This document shows positions 54,167-64,000 of a stretch of DNA of 64,000 nucleotides, in pieces (positions within the stretch are counted from its first letter, which is position 1; each line of letters starts with the position of its first letter). Position numbers and translations under genes: made by a program. Source of the stretch: Nitrospirota bacterium (GTDB lineage: Bacteria; Nitrospirota; UBA9217); assembly GCA_963737155.1 (NCBI GenBank), contig CAVTRN010000002.1, forward strand, positions 1,952,001-2,016,000, in the 5' to 3' direction. The notes beneath the pieces were generated by a model, which was given only the letters and a program-made list of their open reading frames with translations, was not told the DNA's origin and made no database searches.

Positions 54167-55162
54167 CTAACCCAGAAGTATTCGTTGTTTAAGCTGATCC
54201 GGCTTAACCACGGCAGTGCCGACGATACCTACGACAATTCCCGCGGCATAATTAGAGATCCGAGCTGCCTCGGTCATGCTTGCTCCGGAAGCCATGGCGA
54301 GGGTGAGCGTGGCGATGACTGTGTCGCCAGCGCCGGTGACGTCGAAAACTTCCCGGGCTACGGTGGGAATGTGAGTCACCTTTCCCCCGTGTTCGAAGAG
54401 GCTCATCCCCAGCTCACCACGGGTGATAAGAACCGCAGCGCAATTAAGGCGCTTCAGGAGCAGAGTCCCGACCCTCAAAAGGGATTCGTCATCCGTAATT
54501 TCAACCTTTGATCCGATGGAAGCCTCGCTGACGTTCGGCGTAAGGATAGTGACACCCCTGTACATGTTAAAATGACTCACTTTTGGATCGACGGATACGA
54601 TCACATTGTTTTTCCGTGCTATCTTAACGATTTCATGTACCAGTTCATTGGTGACCACCCCTTTACAATAATCTGAAAGCACGATCCCATCAAGCCCGAC
54701 TGCGATGTGCCGTTTTATCTGATCGAATATCCGACGGTGAAGATCCTTCCCGATCCGTTCCTTGGTCTCACGGTCGAAGCGAACGACCTGCTGGCTATGT
54801 GCGATAATCCGTGTTTTTATGGTCGTCGGTCTTCCCTCATCCACAAGAAGTCCGTCAGTCTGAATATGCTGCGAATGGAGAAGCTGCATAACCTTGCTGC
54901 CGGCCTGATCGCTGCCGATCACGCCGCATACATTCACAGAGCCTCCGAGAGCATGAATATTCTGTACCACGTTCGTAGCGCCGCCAAGGAGCAGATTTTC
55001 CTTGGTGACATTCACCACAGGGACCGGCGCTTCCGGAGAAATACGGGAAACGTTGCCCCAGATATAATGATCGAGTACGATGTCTCCGACGACGAGTATT
55101 CTTGTCGCGGGGAACCTGTCAATACGGGCATTCAGCCGCTTTCGTTCTTTTGCAGATATCAT
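54167..55162 (-). CDS. hldA: D-glycero-D-manno-heptose-7-phosphate kinase (stand-alone RfaE domain I)
   Basis: RISPEAPVPV, SDY.KGV, TPN..EA, VFDVTGAGD. Confidence 0.93.
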   Translation of the reverse strand: MISAKERKRLNARIDRFPATRILVVGDIVLDHYIWGNVSRISPEAPVPVVNVTKENLLLGGATNVVQNIHALGGSVNVCGVIGSDQAGSKVMQLLHSQHIQTDGLLVDEGRPTTIKTRIIAHSQQVVRFDRETKERIGKDLHRRIFDQIKRHIAVGLDGIVLSDYCKGVVTNELVHEIVKIARKNNVIVSVDPKVSHFNMYRGVTILTPNVSEASIGSKVEITDDESLLRVGTLLLKRLNCAAVLITRGELGMSLFEHGGKVTHIPTVAREVFDVTGAGDTVIATLTLAMASGASMTEAARISNYAAGIVVGIVGTAVVKPDQLKQRILLG

Positions 55163-55953
55163 GGTTTATCTTGGACTCCTTGCATATCTATGAGTGTTGC
55201 GACGATGGACCCGATGGATACGATGCTCTTCATGAGCACCGGGATTTTCCGAGTATCATCGGTGAACCAGATGTAAATTTCTCCCTTGTTCATGAATACA
55301 CCTTCATATTTGGGGTGGGTCCTGACTTTGATGGTGTCGAACACGCCAGCCGGCGTGGTGATTTTTTCCTTGGCCAGGACTTGGACGTCAACTGCCCAAT
55401 TCTTTTCGCTATCGTGTACTTTAACGACAATTGTCTTACCGAGGGTCAAATCCGGAAGTGTACGCAAGTAATAAAGCGAGGAGAATGCATCCTCCTCGCG
55501 TGGCGGTATCGCGAATTGTTTTGGAGGATCTTGATTGACAATATCACGTACTATCCCGTTAGTCTGATCGAAAATTATCCTTCGCGAGCGGATCTTCTTT
55601 CCATGATGCTCCCGCAGGTCGAAGGACAGGCTGTAAAGCCTCTTGGCGTCAACGATGCTGACGATTTTATCTTGAACAGGAAAAACAAGGTTGAGCACGC
55701 CTACGGAATGGGTAGTCGAGACAAGAGTGTACGTCTGCCTGCCGTTTATCGTGTCTCCGGATTTCACTTCCATAATGGAAACGCCTGCATCTATGATCTT
55801 GGACCAACTAATGTTGTAGGTGAGTTTTTCACCCGGAGCAAACGCCTTTTTAATTTTGGAGACGGAATCATGCGTAGACTGAGTGGGGGCAGCCCATGAC
55901 GGTTGGCTTAAAAACAAAACCGCGCAAAGCACGAAAACAGCCCCTTGCCACAT
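55159..55953 (-). CDS. DUF3108-like exported protein
   Basis: Signal peptide; GEKLTY, D.FS.LYY.R, TPAGVFDT, IWFTDD.RKIPV. Confidence 0.82.
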   Translation of the reverse strand: MWQGAVFVLCAVLFLSQPSWAAPTQSTHDSVSKIKKAFAPGEKLTYNISWSKIIDAGVSIMEVKSGDTINGRQTYTLVSTTHSVGVLNLVFPVQDKIVSIVDAKRLYSLSFDLREHHGKKIRSRRIIFDQTNGIVRDIVNQDPPKQFAIPPREEDAFSSLYYLRTLPDLTLGKTIVVKVHDSEKNWAVDVQVLAKEKITTPAGVFDTIKVRTHPKYEGVFMNKGEIYIWFTDDTRKIPVLMKSIVSIGSIVATLIDMQGVQDKP

Positions 55954-56966
55954 TAAGCGATCGCCTTTTTTACTGCTTCAAAAACATCATCAACGGTAAT
56001 AGCATCCATGCACGCACGGCTCTCAATTGGGCAATGTTTGGCCTCACAATGAACACAGGAAAGCTCCTTGAATAATACCTGGTGACCTTTGCCCAAGGGA
56101 CCGGTACGATCCGGATCAGTTGATCCGAAAAGACCTACGACAGGCGTTTGAACGGCTGCCGCAAGATGCAGCGGGCCTGTATCGGAGCTTACGAGACAAG
56201 CGCAATGCGCCAAAAGAGCGGCGGACTCCGCAATAGAAAAAACTCCGGCTGCTGACAATGCCTTCTCTTTCATCATCTTCATGACACTGCCGACCAGTTC
56301 CTGGTCTTCCTTTCCGCCGATGAAGATAACTGCTGCGCCAAGTTCTCTGATCAACCGGTCACCGAGGGTCGAGAACCGTTCCGGGAACCAATTCCTCGCA
56401 GGTCGTGCCGCGCCGACGCTGCAGTTTAGTGCTATCAAAATCCTGTTTTTTTCGTGTTTTTCCCTTAACAAGAAAAGATCAACAGACCGTCTGGCTTCCT
56501 CATGAATTGACAGTTCGATGTTTTGAACAGCGTCGGCAATGCCGAGGGGTTTGAGCGTTTCCATGAAGTTTTCTGCGGCATGTAGACGGCGCCCACCGGG
56601 TCTGATTTTTTTTTGTTTTCGATAAACAAGACGTCGCTTTGCGCCGCTTAACTGCCGTAAAAGGAACGACCGTATTGAGGGCTGTAGGTCGATGAACAAG
56701 TCGTAGTGACACTTACGAAGCTGCAATCCAAATCTGAAAAAGTCTTTGAAACTTTTTTTGAGTTTCGCTTTATCGAATACGAGAACTTGATCTGCAATAG
56801 ACGTATCCTGAATAAGAGGTTTCAGTTCAGGTGAGACTACGACAGTAATATGCGCAGCGGGGAATTTATGCTTTAACGCCTTCAATGCCGGAAGCGTATG
56901 GAGGAGATCGCCGATTGCCCCTGGCTTGAAAAAAAGTACCCTCTGTATGTCCATTTTCCTGGGCAT
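55953..56966 (-). CDS. GT9 LPS heptosyltransferase
   Basis: GAIGD, ARNW..ERF, SSDTGPLHLAAA..PVVGLFGST. Confidence 0.92.
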   Translation of the reverse strand: MPRKMDIQRVLFFKPGAIGDLLHTLPALKALKHKFPAAHITVVVSPELKPLIQDTSIADQVLVFDKAKLKKSFKDFFRFGLQLRKCHYDLFIDLQPSIRSFLLRQLSGAKRRLVYRKQKKIRPGGRRLHAAENFMETLKPLGIADAVQNIELSIHEEARRSVDLFLLREKHEKNRILIALNCSVGAARPARNWFPERFSTLGDRLIRELGAAVIFIGGKEDQELVGSVMKMMKEKALSAAGVFSIAESAALLAHCACLVSSDTGPLHLAAAVQTPVVGLFGSTDPDRTGPLGKGHQVLFKELSCVHCEAKHCPIESRACMDAITVDDVFEAVKKAIA

Positions 56967-57435
56967 TATATTCCAATGTACTTAATTTGTAAAGAAAATA
57001 TTCCTGAACAAAAATCTGGCAGGGAGCAGGTCAGCTTTGAGGAATAGCATAGAAATGATCCCAAACATGGTGTAAAAATAGGCTTATGAAACCGTCATAA
57101 ATGACGATGTCAGTGACTCAATTACCAATACATCCGCAGAAAACTCCCTACTTTTAGCCATGGGAGGAATACGGGCAAGCAATGATGATGATAATACCCG
57201 CGACTACCAGCAGGCAGTCGATAACTATCCGGTAACAGCAATATTATTGGAATCACAAGCTGAGATCTTTTGCGAAGCGTGTTCTCCCCCGACACTTTAT
57301 TTTTGTCTTTTTTCTTTTTCAACCTTGCTTAATTGTCTTTTCGAGCAGGCGGTCCCTTTTTTGAATTGACATTTTTCTTGACAATTTGTCTCGATTCTAT
57401 AATATTCATTATCGAATCCATTTATCTTTTCTTAA

Positions 57436-57521
57436 GCCGCTGTGGCGGAATTGGCAGACGCAAGAGACTTAAAATCTCTCGACGGGCAACTGTCGTACCG
57501 GTTCAATTCCGGTCAGCGGCA
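57436..57521 (+). tRNA. tRNA-Leu(UAA); CCA not encoded
   Basis: Acceptor stem GCCGCTG/CAGCGGC, D-arm TGGCGGAATTGGCAGACGC, anticodon arm AGAGA-CTTAAAA-TCTCT, long variable arm, T-arm GGTTCAATTCC. Confidence 0.96.
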
Positions 57522-57759
57522 CTACAAAATCAACGGTTTATCCACTCTCATCCAATATGGATATGGATCTTCCTCAAACCCACACAATGTGGCGCGCAGG
57601 TTAGGCTCGGTGGTTTTATTCGGCGTCCTCAACCCTAGCTTGAAGACATCTGATTATAATCAGTCAAATATGAGCGAGCACTGGTAATCTTTTTATCTTT
57701 TTAATCTCCTTTGCACTTGGTGAGTGTGTTACATGATATAGATCCCAAGCTAACTGCAA

Positions 57760-58824
57760 GTCATGACCACCGGCGTAGCCGGTGGCTTGCTTAAGCCCCA
57801 TAGGGGCAGTGTTACTTGCACCCCTTAAGGGGTTATCTTCTTTTTCTGTCCATCGTGGTGCACTTGGCTGTTCCGATAGCCATTTGTAGGCGACAACCGG
57901 AACGGGGACGATTCTGACGATGATGTCCCCGCTGAATTTCAGAAAAAGGCGCACTTGAATAGTGAGTACGTTCCCTGCGGCCACGATCTCTATTAGGCTG
58001 ATTTTTAAGGTTGTAGTGGGTCTGAAGCCAAATAGACGCGTTCTTCGATAGAACCTCCAAGATTGAGGTAAAGGAAATATAGCATAAATTCACAAGAAAA
58101 GGACAAAATTGGCTTTTAAGGTAAGGTCAAAAACATCGAAAGCCTGTTTCCAACACCGAGGACACGGCCGCTATAATCGTCCCCGAAATCACCGATGCTA
58201 ACACCATTCGCGTCACGTGGTTTATTGCTGCTAATTGCTCTTGCTACGGGCACCCCTAGAAGGGGTCATGGACATCCCGATCATACTTATCCACAATTGC
58301 TTCGTTGATTTCCTGATCCTTGATATATTTCCGTATTTTCGCTTCATCCAGCCCCACCGTACTGACATAGTACCCGCGTGCCCAAAAACTATGACCTTTG
58401 AAATTCCGCTTGTGTTTGCTGTACCGTTCAAACACAATCATCGCGCTTTTTCCCTTTATATACCCCACAATGGTCGCTACTGCATACTTGGGCGGTATCG
58501 ACAGACACAAATGGATGTGGTCTATACAGGCTTTCCCTTCCAAAATGCCCACCCCTTTGTATTCGCACAACCGACGCACAGTATCGGGCCAACTTCCTGT
58601 CGAAGCCGTCCGTATATGACTTTTCTCCTGAGCTTCGGCACAAATACAATATGGTATTTACATTCATGGACTGTGTGTGCTAAACTTTCCTTCACCTGGT
58701 TGCTCCTTTCTTACGATGACCATCGGAACAGCGGTCTTATTGTAGGAAAGGAGCTTTTCTTTTTCAAATACTACAGCATAGCTTTTTCTATTCTCCCCGG
58801 CGAAGCCGGGGGTTTAGCTTTGGA
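57760..58824 (-). mobile_element. IS200/IS605-family element with extra internal DNA
   Basis: Inserted 3' of TTAAT with no target duplication. Left-end hairpin CCCCGGC-GAA-GCCGGGG (58795-58811); right-end hairpin CCACCGGC-GTA-GCCGGTGG (57767-57785); SD-sequestering hairpin at 58702-58753. Confidence 0.85.
58256..58695 (-). pseudogene. tnpA: IS200 TnpA (HUH Y1 transposase), frameshifted near 58579
   Basis: SLAHTVHECKYHIVFVPK..GPIL / RRLCEYKGV..DHIHL..PPKY..FWARGYYVSTVG..YIKDQ. Confidence 0.9.
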
Positions 58825-59064
58825 ATTAAGCCAAAACTGCGCCTCCATGCCGAACAGTTTTTCTAAGCGAAGTGCGGTATCTGGGGTATACCCCGCTTTC
58901 CATGAATTAACTCATTAACACGGGGATATGAAACCCTGAGTTTATCTGCCAAATCACTCTGCGTTATCTTAAGTGGTTTGAGAAAATCTTCCAATAGCAT
59001 TTCGCCAGGATGCATCGGCGGACCATTTTTAGGTATGCGAATCATTTTTTACCTCCTTACTTAT

Positions 59065-59361
59065 TCAGTGGCAATCTGTAATTTCTACGTTTTCTGCACC
59101 ATCATCTGTCCAAACAAAACAAACCCGGAATTGATCGTTAATCCGTATGCTGTGTTGACCTTTTCTATCTTCCTTTAAGGGAGTCCAAATAGTTTCCTGG
59201 CGGAATTTTCAACGATTCTAAGGAAACGACACAACATTGAGCTGATCAAGTTTTCGCTGTGCCACTCGCCAGATTTGCTGCGAGCAGGCCTGACGCGTTT
59301 CTCTGGTATTTTTTCTGTCGAAAATATCTTCTGTGCCTTTGCATCGCAACGATTTTATCAC
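59065..59361 (-). pseudogene. higB: HigB (third locus), frameshifted
   Basis: KGTEDIFD..VAQRKLDQLN../LKIPPGN../GQHSIRINDQFRVCFVW..VEITDCH*; upstream palindrome TATAACGTTATA at 59409-59420. Confidence 0.85.
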
Positions 59362-60300
59362 CAGCCATCCCCTCTTTGGAACATCTTCTTATCATAATAT
59401 TTATAATGTATAACGTTATATATAGCAATATAAATCTCTGAATCGGAAATCTTTAGCGCTCAGGGCCACCTAATATTAAGATATTCATAATAGTAATATT
59501 TTCATTCCCTATCTTAAGATTAACAAGAGTAATTTGAAATATGCAGAGACAGTTATATCCGAAGATCAACTGATAAAGGACGGTTTATGCACTGAATGAT
59601 TTCCGGGTAGACCTACAAAAAGAATAGATTTATGAAACTCGATACCACTTGTTTCATTGCGAAGTTTTTTAACAGCAGATAAAAAATTATTTATCTTATT
59701 TAAATAATCATGATCATAGATGTCCTGAACTTTGTCAGTTAGCTCTTATTGGTCCGAATCATTATTTTTTACGATATTTCTCCAAAACCCATTTTCATCT
59801 GCAGAGCAACAGAGCTTAATGCCAACCGCGATCTGTCGTATTTGACGGTTCTGTTAAATACGACAGGTTCTCTTGACGGCTTTATCTTGGCCTCTGCATC
59901 TCACTTTCCCTCTTAATTCAAAAGATTCAATGTTCTTCTCTTCACCATAGCCGAAGTTTATTTCTGGCATGTTATTTGTGTTATTCCTGAGGAGTAAGAC
60001 CATTATTATTGCAGATTGTTGGTTTTCAAAATTTATTTTAATGAAGAGAAATGACTCACATGTAGCAGATAGCCTGTGGGCTGGTGTTAGCGTTGGAGCG
60101 GACACATGATGCAGGTAAGGCTGGGGAATTCTATCTCAAATCTGTGTTGTTGTTTTACGGACTTAAGTAGCATTGACATTGTGTAAATAGAAGGTACTCT
60201 TAATCAAACTTTTAATTAATAAAAAAATGTGAGCAACGCAATCTTCGTGTAATGATAGAAACAGGAGACGATAAAATGCCGGCCGTGAAGGAGGTCGAAA

Positions 60301-60855
60301 ATGCTACCCAATTTGTTTAATCAACATGGAGTCAGAGATTATTCGGTATGGCAGCGCGGCTACGATGACCATCTACCAAAACGGATCGAGGCAGGGCTCA
60401 CTGAGACGCATCTGTTTCGCGATAAAATTGGTACAATTAAGGTGCTTATACTGTTTGCGGCAGGAGGCCTCGTACGCAATTATTTAGCAACGTTCTTTTT
60501 CGTAATATTCTACACTTCTTCTTTCGCGGCAGCAACTGAACTGAACATGCAGTCTGATAATATTAGTCAGACTATGCACTCAACAAATGATTCGCAAATA
60601 TATTTATCTCCAGGGTATAACATTTATGGAATCATTGGAGATTTCAAAAACTACAAGAGCGAGGCCACTGCTTTGGAAGGTAAAGATGTGCCTATCGGTT
60701 CGATAAAGGATTTCATTGAAAAAGTTGCTTTTATTGCACTGCTCAAAGACGGCGATAAGGTTATATGGAGCCTTGCTCCAGTGCTTAATCGGTTCACTCT
60801 CCATCCTAGAGACGATATCAAGAATCTCCAAGTAGTGTTGAGGTACAGGTTCTAG
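60301..60855 (+). CDS. Hypothetical protein, possibly chimeric or degraded
   Basis: GGAGG SD before the ATG; a second internal GGAGG precedes a signal-peptide-like segment; C-terminal YRF. Confidence 0.4.
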   Translation: MLPNLFNQHGVRDYSVWQRGYDDHLPKRIEAGLTETHLFRDKIGTIKVLILFAAGGLVRNYLATFFFVIFYTSSFAAATELNMQSDNISQTMHSTNDSQIYLSPGYNIYGIIGDFKNYKSEATALEGKDVPIGSIKDFIEKVAFIALLKDGDKVIWSLAPVLNRFTLHPRDDIKNLQVVLRYRF

Positions 60856-61047
60856 AAAAGAATCTCATCTGCTTCTCTTTTTCGGATTATTACGGAGGAT
60901 AGACGGCGTATTTTGGTATTCCCGACTGGCAATTTCTTGATGTATACTGCAATTTCAGCAAGACGAAATAGTCGCATAATTCAGGAATGCGATTGTAATT
61001 TCAAAAAAGATTGACTCTTTGTGACTCCGATCAAGCGAAGTGCCTAG

Positions 61048-61731
61048 TTAATTAAACGTTTGCAGATCTATATCACTGGCTCGTCTATTATAAACTTTCT
61101 TGACAATCGCTGGAACACCTGCAACAAGGGTTTTTTCTTTCACATCCCTGATAACGACTGCTCCGGCCGCGACCACAGCGCCTTTACCAATAACGAGTTC
61201 TTCTATTACGTTTGCGCCAAGCCCAATTATCGCATTGTCAAATATCTTAACGTGGCCGGCAATATTGCATCCTGGATTCAATCGCACGTAGTCATGTAGG
61301 ATTGTGTCGTGTCCCACGGTTACTCCGTGGTTGATGAATACGTGGTCCTTGATAAAACATCCCGGGCTAATAACACTATTGGCGCCAATAAAGACACCTT
61401 GTCCAATCTTTGCAAAGGGAGAAACATATGCTGTCGGATGAATTAGTTGCGCGAATTGCAGCTGATAATTTCTTTTAAGGAACTCTACAAGAACGGACTT
61501 TCTTGATGTGGTTGGCACAACGGAATACTCTTCACCTTTCTGAGGACTAAACTCCTCCAAGGGCATGATCAGTGGTCGCTCACGGAACTCACTGAGCCGT
61601 GTTTCAAAGTCCTTTGTGCGCTCACGCTTCAGTTCCGGCGCGTTTAGAACAATTTTTGTGATTTTCTTATTCTGCAAGTGTACACACTCGTATATGTCAC
61701 TAAGCATGTTGGAAACACCGAATAATATCAT
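61048..61731 (-). CDS. NeuD/PglD/PerB-family sugar acetyltransferase (left-handed beta-helix)
   Basis: LIHPTAYVS..IGQGVFI, VGHD, hexapeptide repeats, AGAVVIRDV..VAGVPA. Confidence 0.92.
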   Translation of the reverse strand: MILFGVSNMLSDIYECVHLQNKKITKIVLNAPELKRERTKDFETRLSEFRERPLIMPLEEFSPQKGEEYSVVPTTSRKSVLVEFLKRNYQLQFAQLIHPTAYVSPFAKIGQGVFIGANSVISPGCFIKDHVFINHGVTVGHDTILHDYVRLNPGCNIAGHVKIFDNAIIGLGANVIEELVIGKGAVVAAGAVVIRDVKEKTLVAGVPAIVKKVYNRRASDIDLQTFN

Positions 61732-62525
61732 GCAATCCTCCAGCTTAGATATTTTCCTATTTTCATCTTCAGCAATTATAGCTCGTTAAGTAAAAATATC
61801 TTATATTTATAGGGTCTCATATGTCGAGTACAAGTTGTAATAACTTTAACAGCTTCAAGTCGGATCTCGCAACATATTGCGAAATCCCACCTTCGCGATA
61901 GCCCAAACCTGCCACCCGTAAGAGGGCTACAGATTTAGGGATTTCTCAACGGTGCCGTTTGGCGATAGTTTTGGTTTGCTGGACATCATGATAATTGACT
62001 CCCTCATCAAGGGCGGTCATCTCCCCGAGTTTTCGGGTCAGATCAAGAATTTGGATGGCGGCTGGTGAATCCCTGTTTATTTCACTCCCTGCTGAATAAA
62101 GTGCCACCATCTACCGGGAATTTACAATGAATGTCAACAATTCAGATGTTGTATTTAAGAGTAACTAAATGAACTCTCCGGTTCCCAAATTTACTGTAAC
62201 TCTCAATTGTTTCAACAAGCCGTATATAACCTTATTCCTTTCTTGCAGTTGTCATTTTAGATAAAATTGGGAAACCCCTTAGCTCAAGGAACCCCTCTAT
62301 CTAGAATCGTATCCCAGATAGACCCACTCGGGCATGGGAGCCTAGATTTACACTGCGTCTCACTACATGAAAACCGTGCGCCGTCAGGATCCAAGTCATC
62401 AGAAACTAAGGCGGAACCACTTTATCGTGAGCGGGGCTATGCCCCCGCCCACGAAGTCGAGTACTGCGAATTGAACGGTATGAGCTTACATACTCTTTTA
62501 TTGTTGTTCAATGTAGTAAGACACA

Positions 62526-62693
62526 TTAATATCTGTAAATCATTTGCCCAGGTCTTCGTCCCTGGATAATGCTGATCAGAATCATAACAATTGCGAGCAC
62601 AAGCAAAATATGGATGAACCCTCCCATTGTGTAACTGCTCACCAGCCCGAGTGCCCACAGAACCAGCAGTACCACAGCAATTGTCCACAACAT
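62526..62693 (-). CDS. Small membrane protein, lmo0937-like (absent from the ORF track)
   Basis: MLWTIAVVLLVLWALGLVSSYTMGGFIHILLVLAIV..IIQGRR; GGAGGAG SD. Confidence 0.85.
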   Translation of the reverse strand: MLWTIAVVLLVLWALGLVSSYTMGGFIHILLVLAIVMILISIIQGRRPGQMIYRY

Positions 62694-62770
62694 TGCTCCT
62701 CCTTACGGATTGCTCTGGCCCGTTGCTCAAGCCCGCATCGATCCAGCAATCTATGTGTATCTGAACTCAA

Positions 62771-63526
62771 TTATTCGACGGTCATCTGGTTTTTTACGCT
62801 CTTCACGCCCTTTACATCCTTGACGAGTTTGGCCGCTAGGTCTTTTTCGGACGCGTTCCTAGCCTTGCCGCTCAAGGTGACTACGCCCCGCTTCGTCGTG
62901 ACCGTGGTGTGTAAAGCGCTGGTCGAGCGATGATTTAGCAGTGTCATCTTGGCCAGAGCGGTGATGGAAGCATCGTCGATCTTTCCACCAATTGTTTGGG
63001 GTGTCTTTTTCGAGGCCTTAGACACAGTCATCTCATTATTGACGTCTTTGACCCCTTCAACATCCTTGGCGTATTCAGCTGTCAGATCCTTTTGCGCCTG
63101 GCTCGTTGCGTTGCCCTGCAGCGTAACGATTCCATCTTTGGTGGTAACTTCCGTCATGGCGCTCACACTCCGGTGAAACAGGAGCATTGTTTTCACTTTC
63201 ATACTAATCCACGCATCCGAGTTTTCGGCAGGTGGCATACCTTTTACTTCAAGGCTATTGTCAACGCTTTTGACTCCGGGCAGGCTTGCCACGGTCTCTT
63301 GGGCCAATGATTTATGGGACTCTTCTGAGACGGTTCCCGTCAAGGTGACAGCGCCATTTTTGGATTCTATTTTAATATCATCGTCCTTGAGATAGGTCTT
63401 GAATACATACGACTTTTTGGCTGATGATTCGATGCGGTCATCCGTCTTGGTCGCGTACGCAGGCACACCAAGCGCCAGCACAACCACAACTGCCGCCATT
63501 AGTGATTTAAAACATATTGCTTTCAT
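62771..63526 (-). CDS. BON-domain periplasmic protein (OsmY-like, 3 BON domains)
   Basis: Signal peptide; three repeats of D..I...K..L....V....G.VTL.G......A..V.GV..V.N. Confidence 0.92.
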   Translation of the reverse strand: MKAICFKSLMAAVVVVLALGVPAYATKTDDRIESSAKKSYVFKTYLKDDDIKIESKNGAVTLTGTVSEESHKSLAQETVASLPGVKSVDNSLEVKGMPPAENSDAWISMKVKTMLLFHRSVSAMTEVTTKDGIVTLQGNATSQAQKDLTAEYAKDVEGVKDVNNEMTVSKASKKTPQTIGGKIDDASITALAKMTLLNHRSTSALHTTVTTKRGVVTLSGKARNASEKDLAAKLVKDVKGVKSVKNQMTVE

Positions 63527-63673
63527 AGTACGTTCTCCTTTTATTGATGTTACTGTTTTTATTGAATACGTTCACTCTGACGACCTCATGCCTTTCGGAG
63601 TCCTCGTTGTGGTGTATCACTGCACCAACAATCGAACCCAAAGGACACGCCGATGCCTGATACACCAGTCTCA

Positions 63674-63853
63674 CTATTTTTCTAGAACCCTCTTGACTTG
63701 ACCGATCTTTTTCTGCACCTTACCGACCATCTTTTCGCCTTTTCCTTCTACCTCCAACCTGGGATTATCGGTGATTCTCCCGGCAATTTCCTTGACCTTG
63801 CCGTGAACCTCGTGATAGGCGCCTTTCGCTTGGTCCTTCATGCTGGATTTCAT
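63674..63853 (-). CDS. CsbD-family stress protein (absent from the ORF track)
   Basis: MKSSMKDQAKGAYHEVHGKVKEIAGRITDNPRLEVEGKGEK..GKVQKKIG; GGAGG SD. Confidence 0.88.
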   Translation of the reverse strand: MKSSMKDQAKGAYHEVHGKVKEIAGRITDNPRLEVEGKGEKMVGKVQKKIGQVKRVLEK

Positions 63854-64000
63854 AACATTCCTCCTTTAATTTCAACGTCTTTGTTCTTGAGATGTCGTGC
63901 TTTCTTCTACAGCATATCCGCCAATTCGATCTGTCTGGAACTCGTTGTGTTGCGAAGTTTCCAGATCGCCTGGTTCTCAATCTGGCGGATCCGTTCGCGG

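Larger units (their letters stand above)
57664..59045 (-). pseudogene. higA: HigA (third locus), frameshifted and split by an IS200
   Basis: 5' part PPMHPGEMLLEDFL..GKRGI/PDTALRLEKLFGMEAQFWLN (59045-58825) rejoins LQLAWDLYH..PVLAHI* (57759-57664) when the IS is removed. Confidence 0.88.

Noticed and set aside
55102-55899. 265-aa plus-strand ORF
   Set aside because: Antisense to the DUF3108-like gene
57160-57369. 69-aa ORF before the tRNA
   Set aside because: Runs into the T-rich promoter region; no family recognised
59395-59425. ATAATGTATA as a dif relic
   Set aside because: No XerD arm; better explained as the higBA-3 promoter/operator

Overview
Bacterial chromosomal segment from a Gram-negative, LPS-producing organism; gene content looks Nitrospirota- or deltaproteobacteria-like (inference). 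It appears to span the replication terminus, because a XerCD dif-like site lies at 13676-13703. The dif site sits inside an unexplained array of about 11 copies of a 19-bp motif (TGGAASCATAAGNYTGCCG) whose orientation mostly flips across dif; this is the most novel-looking signal. Left of dif are a heme-c chemoreceptor, an IS110 with a long non-coding 3' end, two higBA loci, a 7-CxxCH multiheme cytochrome, a split IS630, a YeeE/YedE pair and an hsdM relic. Right of dif is a ~43-kb minus-strand surface-glycan region. It holds mntA-hepT, wzz, an SLBB export protein, a Wzx/Wzy cluster with ColD-like, Per-like and Gmm enzymes plus pseudogene scars, wzi, plsY-pgsA-lpxL-kdsCDA-pyrG-kdsB, uxs-ugd, rfbBDCA, hldA and a GT9. 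The window ends with tRNA-Leu(UAA), a third higBA split by an IS200 carrying extra DNA, an acetyltransferase and a CsbD/BON/small-membrane stress cluster. All calls come from reading motifs by eye; no searches were run.
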